From positions 3,968,001 to 4,032,000 of the forward strand of contig OY762007.1 in NCBI GenBank assembly GCA_963665115.1: 64,000 nucleotides of DNA, given 5' to 3'. The notes under the pieces are model-generated. The model had not been told where the DNA came from and did not search any database. It worked only from the letters and a program-made list of their open reading frames with translations. The translations under genes were made by a program, and so were the position numbers. This stretch comes from an uncultured Rivularia sp. Lineage in GTDB: Bacteria > Cyanobacteriota > Cyanobacteriia > Cyanobacteriales > Nostocaceae. This document shows, piece by piece, positions 33,269 through 42,534 of this stretch (its first letter is position 1; each line of letters opens with the position of its first letter).

Positions 33269-34792
33269 ATGATGACACCAACACTATTAAATCATCGCTA
33301 TAAAGTAATTCAAGTTCTAGCTTCCGGGGGATTCGGCGAAACCTTTTTGGCTGAAGATACCCAAATGCCTTCTAAGCGTAAATGTGTAATAAAACAACTC
33401 AAACCAGTAGAACACAATCCGCAAATATATCAATTAGTACAAGAAAGATTTCAGCGGGAAGCCGCACTTTTAGAACAACTAAGTGACGGTAAAAATCAAA
33501 TTCCTCAACTGTATGCTTATTTCACCGACGACGAGCAATTTTACTTAATTCAAGAATATATAGAAGGAGAAACCTTAACAAAAAAGCTGCGACAAGAAGG
33601 AGCTATTAGCGAAACCTCAGTCAAAGAAATTTTAATTAATATCTTACCCGTCTTGGAATACATTCACAGTAAACGTATTGTCCACCGAGATATTAAACCC
33701 GATAACATCTTAATTCGTTATAGCGATCGCAAACCTGTTTTAATTGACTTTGGTGCGGTTAAGGAAACCATGCAAACGGTAGTGGCTCCCGAATCCACAA
33801 GATCGATCGTAATTGGCACACCGGGATTTATGCCCAGCGAGCAAACAGCCGGGAGGCCAGTATATTCCAGCGATTTGTATAGTTTGGGACTAACTGCGAT
33901 ATACTTACTGACGGGGAAAATGCCCCAAGAATTACCTAATAATCCATCTACAGGTGAAATTATCTGGCGAGAATATGCTCCAAATATTAGCCCTAACTTT
34001 GCCGCAGTTTTAGATAAAGCGATTAAGTCTTATCCAGGCGATCGCTTTTCTACTGCCAAAGAAATGTTACAAGTGTTGCAGACTCAAGCAGTTCCTTTTC
34101 CACCGACAATACCTTACATTCCTGCACCATCGGAGACTCAAGACACGAAGCCTCCAACTGTAATTTCGGCACCAGTACCAACACCAGAAGTACAAACTCA
34201 GCCACCAACGGTTGTAGCTAATCCAGGAATGAAAGACTGGCAAAAAGCTACGATTATAGGCAGTGTAATTGGGTTATGTGCCATCGGTGGTATTTCAATA
34301 ATTAACAAACCATCAGCGAATGTTCGGGCTGATGCTTCTGCAAATACTACAAATCCAAATACATTTTCACCATCTGCATCATCGATAACAAGAGAAGCAG
34401 CTATTTCTGTACTAAATAAATGGCAAGATGCAAAGCGAGAATTATTTGCACCTCCTTTCGATCGCACTCTTGGAGCAGAATTAACTACAGGGGAAGCCTA
34501 TAGAAAAAATATAGGTACTGGTAGTTCATTGGATTGGTTAGAAAACAATGATTCTTATTATCGATATGGCGTGCAAAAAATTGACTCTGTAGAAAAATTT
34601 ATTGCTAGCAATAGTAGAGCAACAATCGATATTGTAATTACCGAAGATAGAAGATTTTATCAAAATGGAAAAATAGTTACCGGCGAAAATACTTCATTTG
34701 ACACTAGATTAGTCAGATATTCTTTGCAGTTAGAAGATGGAAATTTAAAAATTTCTGATTACAAAACTATCAATGTGATTAGCATTCATTAA
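33269..34792 (+). CDS. Membrane Ser/Thr protein kinase with C-terminal ARC6-IMS (DUF4101)-like domain
   Basis: Complete kinase motifs, Pro-rich linker, TM, then W..AK..FAPPFD..TG..WL..YYRY..VRY.L...KI.DY. Confidence 0.92.
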   Translation: MMTPTLLNHRYKVIQVLASGGFGETFLAEDTQMPSKRKCVIKQLKPVEHNPQIYQLVQERFQREAALLEQLSDGKNQIPQLYAYFTDDEQFYLIQEYIEGETLTKKLRQEGAISETSVKEILINILPVLEYIHSKRIVHRDIKPDNILIRYSDRKPVLIDFGAVKETMQTVVAPESTRSIVIGTPGFMPSEQTAGRPVYSSDLYSLGLTAIYLLTGKMPQELPNNPSTGEIIWREYAPNISPNFAAVLDKAIKSYPGDRFSTAKEMLQVLQTQAVPFPPTIPYIPAPSETQDTKPPTVISAPVPTPEVQTQPPTVVANPGMKDWQKATIIGSVIGLCAIGGISIINKPSANVRADASANTTNPNTFSPSASSITREAAISVLNKWQDAKRELFAPPFDRTLGAELTTGEAYRKNIGTGSSLDWLENNDSYYRYGVQKIDSVEKFIASNSRATIDIVITEDRRFYQNGKIVTGENTSFDTRLVRYSLQLEDGNLKISDYKTINVISIH

Positions 34793-34847
34793 TTTTTTTT
34801 TAAGTTTATCGCAGATTATAGTCAAAATTTAGTATAAATATATCAAC

Positions 34848-36002
34848 ATGAGATTAAGCGATAAAAAACGTTCAGTTAAATTACTTCGCTTGCAGTTTTT
34901 TAGTATAGTAACTGGAGTTGCACTAACTATCAGTTCAATTGGTTTACTTTTAATTAAACAGCAAAATGCCAATAATACCGAAACAGTTGCCAAAGTAAAT
35001 CAATCCAATCAGGCAGTATCATCACCTACAGCATCAGCTTCACCTGTTAAAGTATCAGAGAATATAGATACTTCAAAATTAGCATATAATATAACAACTT
35101 CTCCTCGATTTACTCAAAGTGAACAACTACAGAATATTGTCGATGAAGTTGTTGATTTGGCTAAAGAGCAAAAATTTGCAACTCAGCCACTATCAATAAC
35201 ATTAATTGATATAAAAACCGGAGAAACGGCAGGATATCAGCAAGAAAAACTTAGATATCCGGCAAGCGTAGTTAAATTATTTTGGATGGTTTACCTTTAC
35301 GATCAAATAGAAAAAGGTATTTTATCGGAAGCAGATTTTACTAAAAATTTAGATTTAATGATTAAAAAGTCTGATAATGAGGCTGCTAGTAAAATTGTTG
35401 ATAAAATTACTAAAACGCAATACCAAGAAAATATTCAAGAAGAAGAATATAAAAATTGGAAATATAAAAGATTGCAAATTAATCAATATTTTCAACAAGC
35501 TGGCTACGATGATATAAACGTAAGTCAAAAAACATTTCCAATTCCATCATTAGGGCTTTCTAAACCAGAAGGTTCAGAACTAAAGTTGCGAGAAAATCTT
35601 CAAAAGCCTATTCGCAATAAAATCTCAACTCAGCAGGTTGCCAGATTGTTATATGAAATTTACAAGAATCAATCCGTATCGGTAATTTCGAGTCCAAAGA
35701 TGGCACAATTATTAACAATAGATTCCAAAACTAGAAATATAAAAAAAGACGATAAAAATTCGATTTCATTCAATCCCGTAAGAGGATTTTTAAGCGCATC
35801 TTTACCAGATGATGTTTATTTCAGCGGAAAAGCAGGATGGACTTCTAATTCTCGTAACGATGCTGGAATCATCGCTACACCTGATGGAAAAGCGGCTTAT
35901 ATCTTAGTAGTATTTGCTGATGATAAAGCTTATGCATCTGATTGGGATTTATTTCCTCAAATTTCGCAATTAGTATTGCAGCAGATGACAAATAAAAAAT
36001 AA
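34848..36002 (+). CDS. Class A beta-lactamase-like serine hydrolase (PBP-A-like), membrane anchored
   Basis: SxxK (PASVVK), SDN, KAG, RNDAG; N-terminal TM helix. Confidence 0.88.
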   Translation: MRLSDKKRSVKLLRLQFFSIVTGVALTISSIGLLLIKQQNANNTETVAKVNQSNQAVSSPTASASPVKVSENIDTSKLAYNITTSPRFTQSEQLQNIVDEVVDLAKEQKFATQPLSITLIDIKTGETAGYQQEKLRYPASVVKLFWMVYLYDQIEKGILSEADFTKNLDLMIKKSDNEAASKIVDKITKTQYQENIQEEEYKNWKYKRLQINQYFQQAGYDDINVSQKTFPIPSLGLSKPEGSELKLRENLQKPIRNKISTQQVARLLYEIYKNQSVSVISSPKMAQLLTIDSKTRNIKKDDKNSISFNPVRGFLSASLPDDVYFSGKAGWTSNSRNDAGIIATPDGKAAYILVVFADDKAYASDWDLFPQISQLVLQQMTNKK

Positions 36003-36066
36003 AATTGATTTTGAATGTGGTTATAGGGAATAGAGGAAAAAGGAAATAGCGATAAATATTTAATTT

Positions 36067-36099
36067 GTAGGGTGCGTTATCGCTTCAGCGTAACGCACC
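36067..36099. repeat. GTAG-tagged palindrome
   Basis: GTAG-GGTGCGTTA..TAACGCACC. Confidence 0.7.
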
Positions 36100-36363
36100 A
36101 TTTTTAATATTTATGGTTCTTCAGTATGCCAAAAACTTAGCGTAAAAAGGCTTAAAAAATCATTATTACATTTTGATATTGCAAGCGATCGAGTTATTGC
36201 TGTGGGTGATGCAGAAAACGATTTAGATTGTTTAGATTTTTGTGGGTTTAAAGTTGCTGTCGGAAATGCTGAAGATGCTGTGAAAGCAAAAGCTGATTGG
36301 ATAGCGAATAAGGAAGAAGGTGAAGGTATGGTGGAATTTATTCGGAAATATTTACTTGCTTGA
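36094..36363 (+). pseudogene. 5'-truncated remnant of a HAD-IIB (Cof-type) hydrolase
   Basis: Open frame with no suitable start: ..VIAVGDAENDLDCLDFCGFKVAVGNAEDAVKAKADWIA..GMVEFIRKYLLA*; motif IV present, motif I absent. Not in the ORF track. Confidence 0.82.
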
Positions 36364-36544
36364 AATATTGTATTATGGAATATTCGAGCAAGATTGTGAT
36401 TAATTCCTTCCTGCTCCTACGATTACCGAGAAAAAAAAGAAAGAAAGAGATATAGCTAATTTTAAAGCAGGATAAGAGTTATAGAGAGCAAGATCCTCCA
36501 ACTACCTTTAATTGATCACTGATAATTGATAATTGATAACTGAT

Positions 36545-37597
36545 ATGACTAGCTTATTCCGTGCTGAAGTTGATGCGATGACTGGCTATATCCCTGGAGA
36601 GCAGCCAAAATCTGATAGTAAAATTATTAAACTTAATAGCAACGAAAATCCTTATCCTCCTTCCTCTGCGGTGAAAGATGTATTGCAAAACTTTGATTGG
36701 GAATGGTTGCGACGATATCCTGATGCTTCTGCTAGCGATTTTCGTAATGCTGTTAGTGAGGTTTTGAATATTCCAGGTGACTGGATAATTGTCGGTAACG
36801 GTAGCGATGAAGTTTTGAATTTAGTAATTCGGGCTTGCACCGATGCTAGTAGAAAAGTTGTTTATCCCATGCCTACTTACGTACTTTACCGCACCTTGGT
36901 AGAAATGCAGGCAGCCGAAACGGTAGAAATTGATTATCCCGAAGATTATAAGTTACCGATAGAAGAATTAGTAAAAGTTGATGGTGCGGTAACATTTATC
37001 GCAACTCCTAACAGCCCATCTGGACATATTGTACCAGTTGAAGATTTACGAGAATTAGCAACAAGATTATCTGGTGTAATAGTTATTGATGAAGCTTATT
37101 GTGATTTTGCGACTGGGGATGCTTTATCTGTAGTGAAAGAGTTTGAAAATGTAATTTCTATCCGTACTTTATCGAAGGGATATTCGCTAGCGGGGATTAG
37201 ATTGGGTTTTGGGATTGCCAATCCAAAGTTATTGCAGGGTTTATATAAAATCAAAGATAGCTACAATATTGATGCTATTGCTTGCGCTATCGGTGCTGCT
37301 GCGATGCGCGACCAAAATTATAAAAATAGCTGTGCAGAAAAAGTTAAAATATCGCGGGGAAGGCTGTCGGAAGATTTAGAAAAATTAGGGTTTAAAGTTT
37401 GGGATTCTCAGACGAATTTTGTATTAACTCAACCACCGCAAGGTAATGCTGAGTATCTGTATTTAAAGTTGAAAGAGCAAGGTATTTTGATTAGGTATTT
37501 TAAGCAGGAAGGCTTGGAAGATAAGTTACGGATTGCTGTGGGTACGGATGAGGAAAATCAGGTTTTGGTTGAGGCTTTGGGTGGGTTGGTGAAGTAG
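36545..37597 (+). CDS. hisC: Histidinol-phosphate aminotransferase
   Basis: KLNSNENPY, RRYPD, GNGSDE, PNSPSG, DEAY, RTLSKGYSLAGIRLG. ATG at 36545 preferred over TTG at 36533. Confidence 0.93.
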   Translation: MTSLFRAEVDAMTGYIPGEQPKSDSKIIKLNSNENPYPPSSAVKDVLQNFDWEWLRRYPDASASDFRNAVSEVLNIPGDWIIVGNGSDEVLNLVIRACTDASRKVVYPMPTYVLYRTLVEMQAAETVEIDYPEDYKLPIEELVKVDGAVTFIATPNSPSGHIVPVEDLRELATRLSGVIVIDEAYCDFATGDALSVVKEFENVISIRTLSKGYSLAGIRLGFGIANPKLLQGLYKIKDSYNIDAIACAIGAAAMRDQNYKNSCAEKVKISRGRLSEDLEKLGFKVWDSQTNFVLTQPPQGNAEYLYLKLKEQGILIRYFKQEGLEDKLRIAVGTDEENQVLVEALGGLVK

Positions 37598-37663
37598 AAT
37601 TTAAGATTTTAACGTAAAGTCGCGCAGAGGTTTACACAGAGTTTTGATTAAAGTTGATTGATT

Positions 37664-38524
37664 ATGAGCAAAAACAGAAATCAACGTGCAGAAATTGGCA
37701 ATGAAACTGTTGGTATTTTAGAGAAAGGTTTTTACCAAAATCAGCAAGAAGAAACTATTTATATTCAAGAATATCTACAAGCTGCAATAAAAAAATCAAT
37801 TCATTATTCTGAAAACGATTTTTCACAAGTACTTTCTCAATTAAATAAAAAGCAACTCAGAGAAAATCCAAATCCGATACAGTTTGAAATAAACAATGAA
37901 ACTACTCTGAATGCTGCAAGTAGATTGGTAAATCACCAAGGTTTTGACAAAGTATTATGTTTAAACTTTGCTTCAGCTAAAAATCCCGGTGGTGGATTTC
38001 TCAATGGTAGTCAAGCACAGGAAGAAAGTTTAGCTAGAGCAACCGGGCTTTATCCCTGTATTTCTCAAATGATGGAAATGTATGAGAAAAATCGAAATTA
38101 TAGTTCGTGTCTCTACCTGGATGATATGATTTATTCGCCGCAAGTGCCGGTTATTAGAGATGATAACGATCAATTATTAGATAAACCTTTTTTAATTTCG
38201 ATTTTGACGGTACCCGCTGTTAATGCTGGTGCGGTAAGGAAGAATGGTAAAAAACAAGAAATAAATAAAATTGAAAGTACGATGTTGCTACGTACAGAAA
38301 AATTATTATCAGTTGCAGCAGTTAATGATTATAAAGTTTTGGTTTTAGGTGCTTGGGGATGTGGTGTATTCAAAAACAATCCCGATGATGTCGCAGGATA
38401 TTTTCATTATCATCTTGTAGAAAATCAGAAATTTTACGGTTTGTTTGAAAAGGTTGTGTTTGCTGTTTTGGATAATACGAAGGATGAAAGCGTTATTGAT
38501 GCCTTTAGGAAAAGGTTTGAATAA
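37664..38524 (+). CDS. TIGR02452 family protein (bacterial PARG-like macrodomain)
   Basis: LNFASAKNPGGGFLNGSQAQEE and LVLGAWGCGVF signatures. Confidence 0.92.
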   Translation: MSKNRNQRAEIGNETVGILEKGFYQNQQEETIYIQEYLQAAIKKSIHYSENDFSQVLSQLNKKQLRENPNPIQFEINNETTLNAASRLVNHQGFDKVLCLNFASAKNPGGGFLNGSQAQEESLARATGLYPCISQMMEMYEKNRNYSSCLYLDDMIYSPQVPVIRDDNDQLLDKPFLISILTVPAVNAGAVRKNGKKQEINKIESTMLLRTEKLLSVAAVNDYKVLVLGAWGCGVFKNNPDDVAGYFHYHLVENQKFYGLFEKVVFAVLDNTKDESVIDAFRKRFE

Positions 38525-38546
38525 GTCGCAATACCCTATAAGGGTA

Positions 38547-38645
38547 TAGCTACATTTACAAAGCCTGCCTCCGCAGGCTTGAAAATTCCCAGCCCACGCA
38601 GGTGGGCTTTGTAAATGTAGCCCCAGGCTTCTAGCCTGCGGGCGT
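38547..38645. repeat. Multi-stem small dispersed repeat between convergent genes
   Basis: GCTACATTTACAAAGCC...GGCTTTGTAAATGTAGC outer stem enclosing two hairpins, followed by CAGGCT-TCT-AGCCTG. Confidence 0.75.
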
Positions 38646-38661
38646 TTAATCCCCAATCCCC

Positions 38662-40479
38662 TCATTCCAATTTAATCAACTGATATTTTTGCACTTCACC
38701 AACAACGCGATATGGTTGCGATATTTCTGAAGCTTGTTTTTGAGGAATCCAAGCGTAACCAGAAGCAGGAATCTCAACTTCATTTATATTTATTCGTTTC
38801 CCATGTTTTGGAGTATAAAAATTGATCAAAACTCCAGTTTTTCCGCCAACGTTAACGAAATTTATCGGATGATTTTTTAAAGTTTGATTTATTTCTGGCT
38901 GTTGTAAAAATGCTTGGAAATCAGGATTGTAATTGCTCAATAAACCCAAACTACCAGTTACCGCTAAACTCAACCAAGTAGAAATTAACCAAGCACCTAT
39001 CCAATAGCGTGCAGTAATTATATTTTTACCAAAGCGACAGCGAGCAATCCAAATCAAAGGTAGAGTTAACCAGCCCAAACCCAATACTAAACCAATTATT
39101 GCGTAATTGCGAATTTCTCCATCGCTATCGCTAATAAGGAAAACAACCGTACCTATTAACAAAAGTAGAATTCCCAGGGTACCAAAAGTATAGTTTAAAG
39201 TTTGTAAAATACGAGTTGAGGAGATATATGAAGGATGAAGATAAAATTTAGAGAATAAAGGTATATTTTTGATTTTAAATTCTTTATTTTGTTGATTCCA
39301 AATTTCTCCCAACCAACTTAAAGCTACCGCAGCAAGTAAAGCAATAAAAGGATATAAGCAAAGACTATAGTGAGATGTTCTAGTTGAAAAAATACTGATT
39401 TCGATCAAGAAAATTAGCGGAAATCCTATTATCAATGAAAAGTGGTTCAAAGATTTTAAATATTTTAATTCTTCTTTTTCTATAGTGCGATTGCTGAGCG
39501 TGCTTGTTAATGAAGCGTTTTCAAAAGAGATAGCGTATGACTCTCGAATGCTGTTTGAACTGCTATATCTCTCGCTTTGATAATTATATTTAGATAGCAA
39601 CTCGCGAATTAATAACCCCGTACCGAATAAGCTAAACAACGACCAAGGAAAAGCTATAATAGGGACATTCCAAAAATAATAAATCCAGTTATTATTATGA
39701 CGTTCGCTAGAATTAAGCTTGGTTACAAAATTAATTAACTTTGCAAAACTATCGCCACCAAAGCGTAAGTAACTAAGTCTCAACCAAATTAGAGTAGGTG
39801 CTAACCCTAATAAAAATCCCACGTATAACATTGGGTTTACTAAATGATTGTGGCGGCGATGCTGCAATATTAAATAAGGCAATAAAGCTACTATTGGTAG
39901 AAAAATCATGAAGCTTCTAAATAAGAAGCCAAGTGAAAAAATAAACCCAGTAATTAAACCCCAAATATAGCGATGCTTGGGATTTAATTCAGCTTTTAAT
40001 AAAGACAGTATTCCTAGAAGTACTAGAAAAACCATCGATACATCTGGAGTCCCCAAACGAGAATATTGCAGCCAAAGAAACTCTACACTCAAAATTGCAG
40101 CAGCTAACCAACCAACTTTTTTATTTAATAATATTTTGCCAATTTCATATACAAGCAACACGCTCAAAATACCGACAATCATACTTGGTAAACGAACGCT
40201 AATTTCACTGATTCCAAATAAACTGTAAAAAGCGGCGATCGACCAATAAAAACCCGGCGTTTTATGATGCGGAGTTCCCCAAGGATTGATCCAGTCACCC
40301 GAATCATACATAAAGCGCGATCGCCAAGCGTAAAGTCCCTCGTCGTGTGCCATTAGGCTGTTATCACCTATACCTAATAGCAATAGCGGAAGCATCCAGA
40401 TTAATAAACTTAAATAAGGAAAACCAGTCCAGCTTACAAATTTTCGTTTAACAAGATAAAAGTCGATTTTGGATGACAT
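38662..40479 (-). CDS. ArnT/PMT-like GT-C glycosyltransferase
   Basis: HDEGLYA, HHKTPGFYW, SVRLPS, many TM helices, FPWS. Confidence 0.9.
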   Translation of the reverse strand: MSSKIDFYLVKRKFVSWTGFPYLSLLIWMLPLLLLGIGDNSLMAHDEGLYAWRSRFMYDSGDWINPWGTPHHKTPGFYWSIAAFYSLFGISEISVRLPSMIVGILSVLLVYEIGKILLNKKVGWLAAAILSVEFLWLQYSRLGTPDVSMVFLVLLGILSLLKAELNPKHRYIWGLITGFIFSLGFLFRSFMIFLPIVALLPYLILQHRRHNHLVNPMLYVGFLLGLAPTLIWLRLSYLRFGGDSFAKLINFVTKLNSSERHNNNWIYYFWNVPIIAFPWSLFSLFGTGLLIRELLSKYNYQSERYSSSNSIRESYAISFENASLTSTLSNRTIEKEELKYLKSLNHFSLIIGFPLIFLIEISIFSTRTSHYSLCLYPFIALLAAVALSWLGEIWNQQNKEFKIKNIPLFSKFYLHPSYISSTRILQTLNYTFGTLGILLLLIGTVVFLISDSDGEIRNYAIIGLVLGLGWLTLPLIWIARCRFGKNIITARYWIGAWLISTWLSLAVTGSLGLLSNYNPDFQAFLQQPEINQTLKNHPINFVNVGGKTGVLINFYTPKHGKRININEVEIPASGYAWIPQKQASEISQPYRVVGEVQKYQLIKLE

Positions 40480-40543
40480 TTGATCGATAAAAATTACATT
40501 TGACAGACTTAACTAATTAATTGTTAAATCTAGGTTTCAAAAT

Positions 40544-40559
40544 TGTAAATTGGTATACA
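40544..40559. promoter_or_regulatory. Candidate NtcA-binding site
   Basis: TGTA-AATTGGTA-TACA matches TGTA-N8-TACA in the divergent GT/methyltransferase spacer; no clear -10 box at canonical spacing. Confidence 0.3.
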
Positions 40560-40577
40560 AAATGTAGCATATTTGTA

Positions 40578-40906
40578 CAGCGAGCAGCGAACAGTTATCA
40601 GTGAACAGTTTTCACCTGGAACAAGGTTTCATCAGTCAATAATGGTGGATTCGTAGTACTTCACCACAGAGATTGTAATGGGTACAAGTAGTGCGAGCAA
40701 GATGCTCGCTAGCTACTGGGAACAAGATACTTGCTAGCTGCCACCAGGGAGCGAGACGCTCCCACTACAAATGTGTTGCACCGCAAAATTTATATGGTGG
40801 AATCCTACGTAGCCAGACACTCCCACAAATCTCTATCACCTTTCAATCTCAATTCGATCGACTATTTATTACATACTGATAACTGTTAACTGTTCACTGC
40901 TCGCTG
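40578..40906. mobile_element. MITE-like composite with heptamer-built terminal inverted repeats and nested GTAG palindromes
   Basis: Left CAGCGAGCAGCGAACAGTTATCAGT; right end reverse complement CAGCGAGCAGTGAACAGTTAACAGTTATCAGT; family B palindromes at 40688-40778. Confidence 0.65.
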
Positions 40907-40923
40907 ATTTTAAGGGGAATTTT

Positions 40924-41568
40924 ATGGTGCTTCGACCAAATCAACGCACAAAATTAGATGATACGGATGATAAGTTGTTTTACGGGCTTCCGCGTTTTGT
41001 TACTCATGTGGATGATGGGTTTATTCAACAACTTACGGATTTGTATCATCAACGTCTCAAACCAAATACTCGCATCTTTGACATGATGAGTAGCTGGGTT
41101 TCTCATTTACCGAAAGAAATGCAGTTTAGTCATGTTGAAGGACATGGACTTAATCAAGAAGAATTAGCACGCAATCCACGATTTGATAACTACTTTGTCC
41201 AAAATATTAACGAAAATCCTAAATTACCGCTGAAAGACCAAGATTTTGATGCCGTTCTCAATTGTGTTTCGGTACAGTATTTGCAGTATCCCGAAGCGAT
41301 ATTCACCGAAATTCATCGCATCCTCAAACCCGGTGGTATAGCGATTTTCAGTTTTTCTAACAGAATGTTTTCCCAAAAAGCAATCCAAGCATGGCGCGAT
41401 CGCAGTGAAGCCGGTAGAGTCGAATTAGTTAAAAGTTATTTTCAATCGATTCCTGGATTTACTCCTCCAGAGGTAATAAAAAATCAATCAATAGCACCAA
41501 ATTTACTCCAGTGGTTAGGTGCGGGAGGTGGCGACCCATTTTATGCTGTTATAGCTCATCGAAATTAA
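40924..41568 (+). CDS. Class I SAM-dependent methyltransferase
   Basis: DMMSSWVSHLP, GHGLN, FDAVL, SVQYL, HRILKPGG, SFSNR. Confidence 0.9.
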   Translation: MVLRPNQRTKLDDTDDKLFYGLPRFVTHVDDGFIQQLTDLYHQRLKPNTRIFDMMSSWVSHLPKEMQFSHVEGHGLNQEELARNPRFDNYFVQNINENPKLPLKDQDFDAVLNCVSVQYLQYPEAIFTEIHRILKPGGIAIFSFSNRMFSQKAIQAWRDRSEAGRVELVKSYFQSIPGFTPPEVIKNQSIAPNLLQWLGAGGGDPFYAVIAHRN

Positions 41569-41780
41569 CAGTTAATAAAAAAGGTCAAAGGTTAAAAAAC
41601 CCGATCGATTTTGACTGCTTAACCCTCAACGTTAAGAAGTTTAACTGTTGGTAAACATACTCAAACGTTATCAAAAAAGATTTTTGTAGTTCGACAAATG
41701 AAGTATAAAGGATGAGTCATAAAGTATAAATTGTTAATCCTTTATACTTTATTCGGTCAAACTTAAATTAGGAGTCAAAG

Positions 41781-42296
41781 ATGAATTTTGCTCGTACCCG
41801 CAGTATTTTAGCTGCCTTAGTACTTTCGATATTACTATTCACAACAGCTTGCGCTCAAAAAGCACCCGGACGTTTCGATCAAGTACAGACAGAAAGTACT
41901 CAGCAAAAGAAAGGACAAGCGGTTGCTAAAGATGCGACTCAAGGTAGCAAGTTTAATAAATTTTTCCCCGCAGCTTCAGATGGTTATCAGCGAGTCTTTA
42001 CTCAAGAGAAAAAAGGCTTTGCTCAAGCGAAACTGAAAAAAGACGGCAAGGAAGTAGCTAAAATTTCCATCAACGATACTATTAGCAACCCTTCGGCAGC
42101 AGCTAAATTTGCGAATAGCCCTAAAAAAATCTCCGGTTATCCAGCGGTGGAGCTAGGAAAGCAAACAGCGGTTTTAGTGGACGATCGCTATCAAGTAAAA
42201 ATCATTTCCAGCGATCCATCTGTATTTACAGCAGCGGATCGAGAAGCTTGGCTGAAGAAATTTGACCTTAGTGGTTTATCGCGTGTGAAAGCTTAG
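41781..42296 (+). CDS. Hypothetical lipoprotein
   Basis: AGGAG RBS, lipobox FTTA-C, 171 aa. Confidence 0.85.
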   Translation: MNFARTRSILAALVLSILLFTTACAQKAPGRFDQVQTESTQQKKGQAVAKDATQGSKFNKFFPAASDGYQRVFTQEKKGFAQAKLKKDGKEVAKISINDTISNPSAAAKFANSPKKISGYPAVELGKQTAVLVDDRYQVKIISSDPSVFTAADREAWLKKFDLSGLSRVKA

Positions 42297-42446
42297 TAGT
42301 TATTAGTAGTTAGTTGTTAGTGGTTAGTGGTTAGTTGATAACCCTAACTTTTCAATTCTAAGAAACACAGGGAATAGGGAACAAGGAGATGTCTAATAAA
42401 CACGTTTAACCTTTAACCTTTAACCTACTCCTAACTCCTAACTGCC

Positions 42447-42475
42447 GTACAGACGTAGCAGTGCTACGTCTCTAC
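42447..42475. repeat. Family A palindrome within heptamer repeats
   Basis: GTACAGACGTAGCA-G-TGCTACGTCTCTAC. Confidence 0.8.
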
Positions 42476-42534
42476 AATTTCTAACTCAAATCAACCTTCC
42501 CAGCAAAAAGTAAATATTTAAGGAGCCTACTACT

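Noticed and set aside
34848..36002. Antibiotic-resistance beta-lactamase
   Set aside because: Membrane anchor, KAG and no evident omega-loop ExxLN fit a PBP-like serine hydrolase better; activity is untested.
40691..40879. 62-aa ORF, and likewise 38345-38665, 44920-45117 and 61498-61716
   Set aside because: They lie largely within repeat elements or antisense to real genes.
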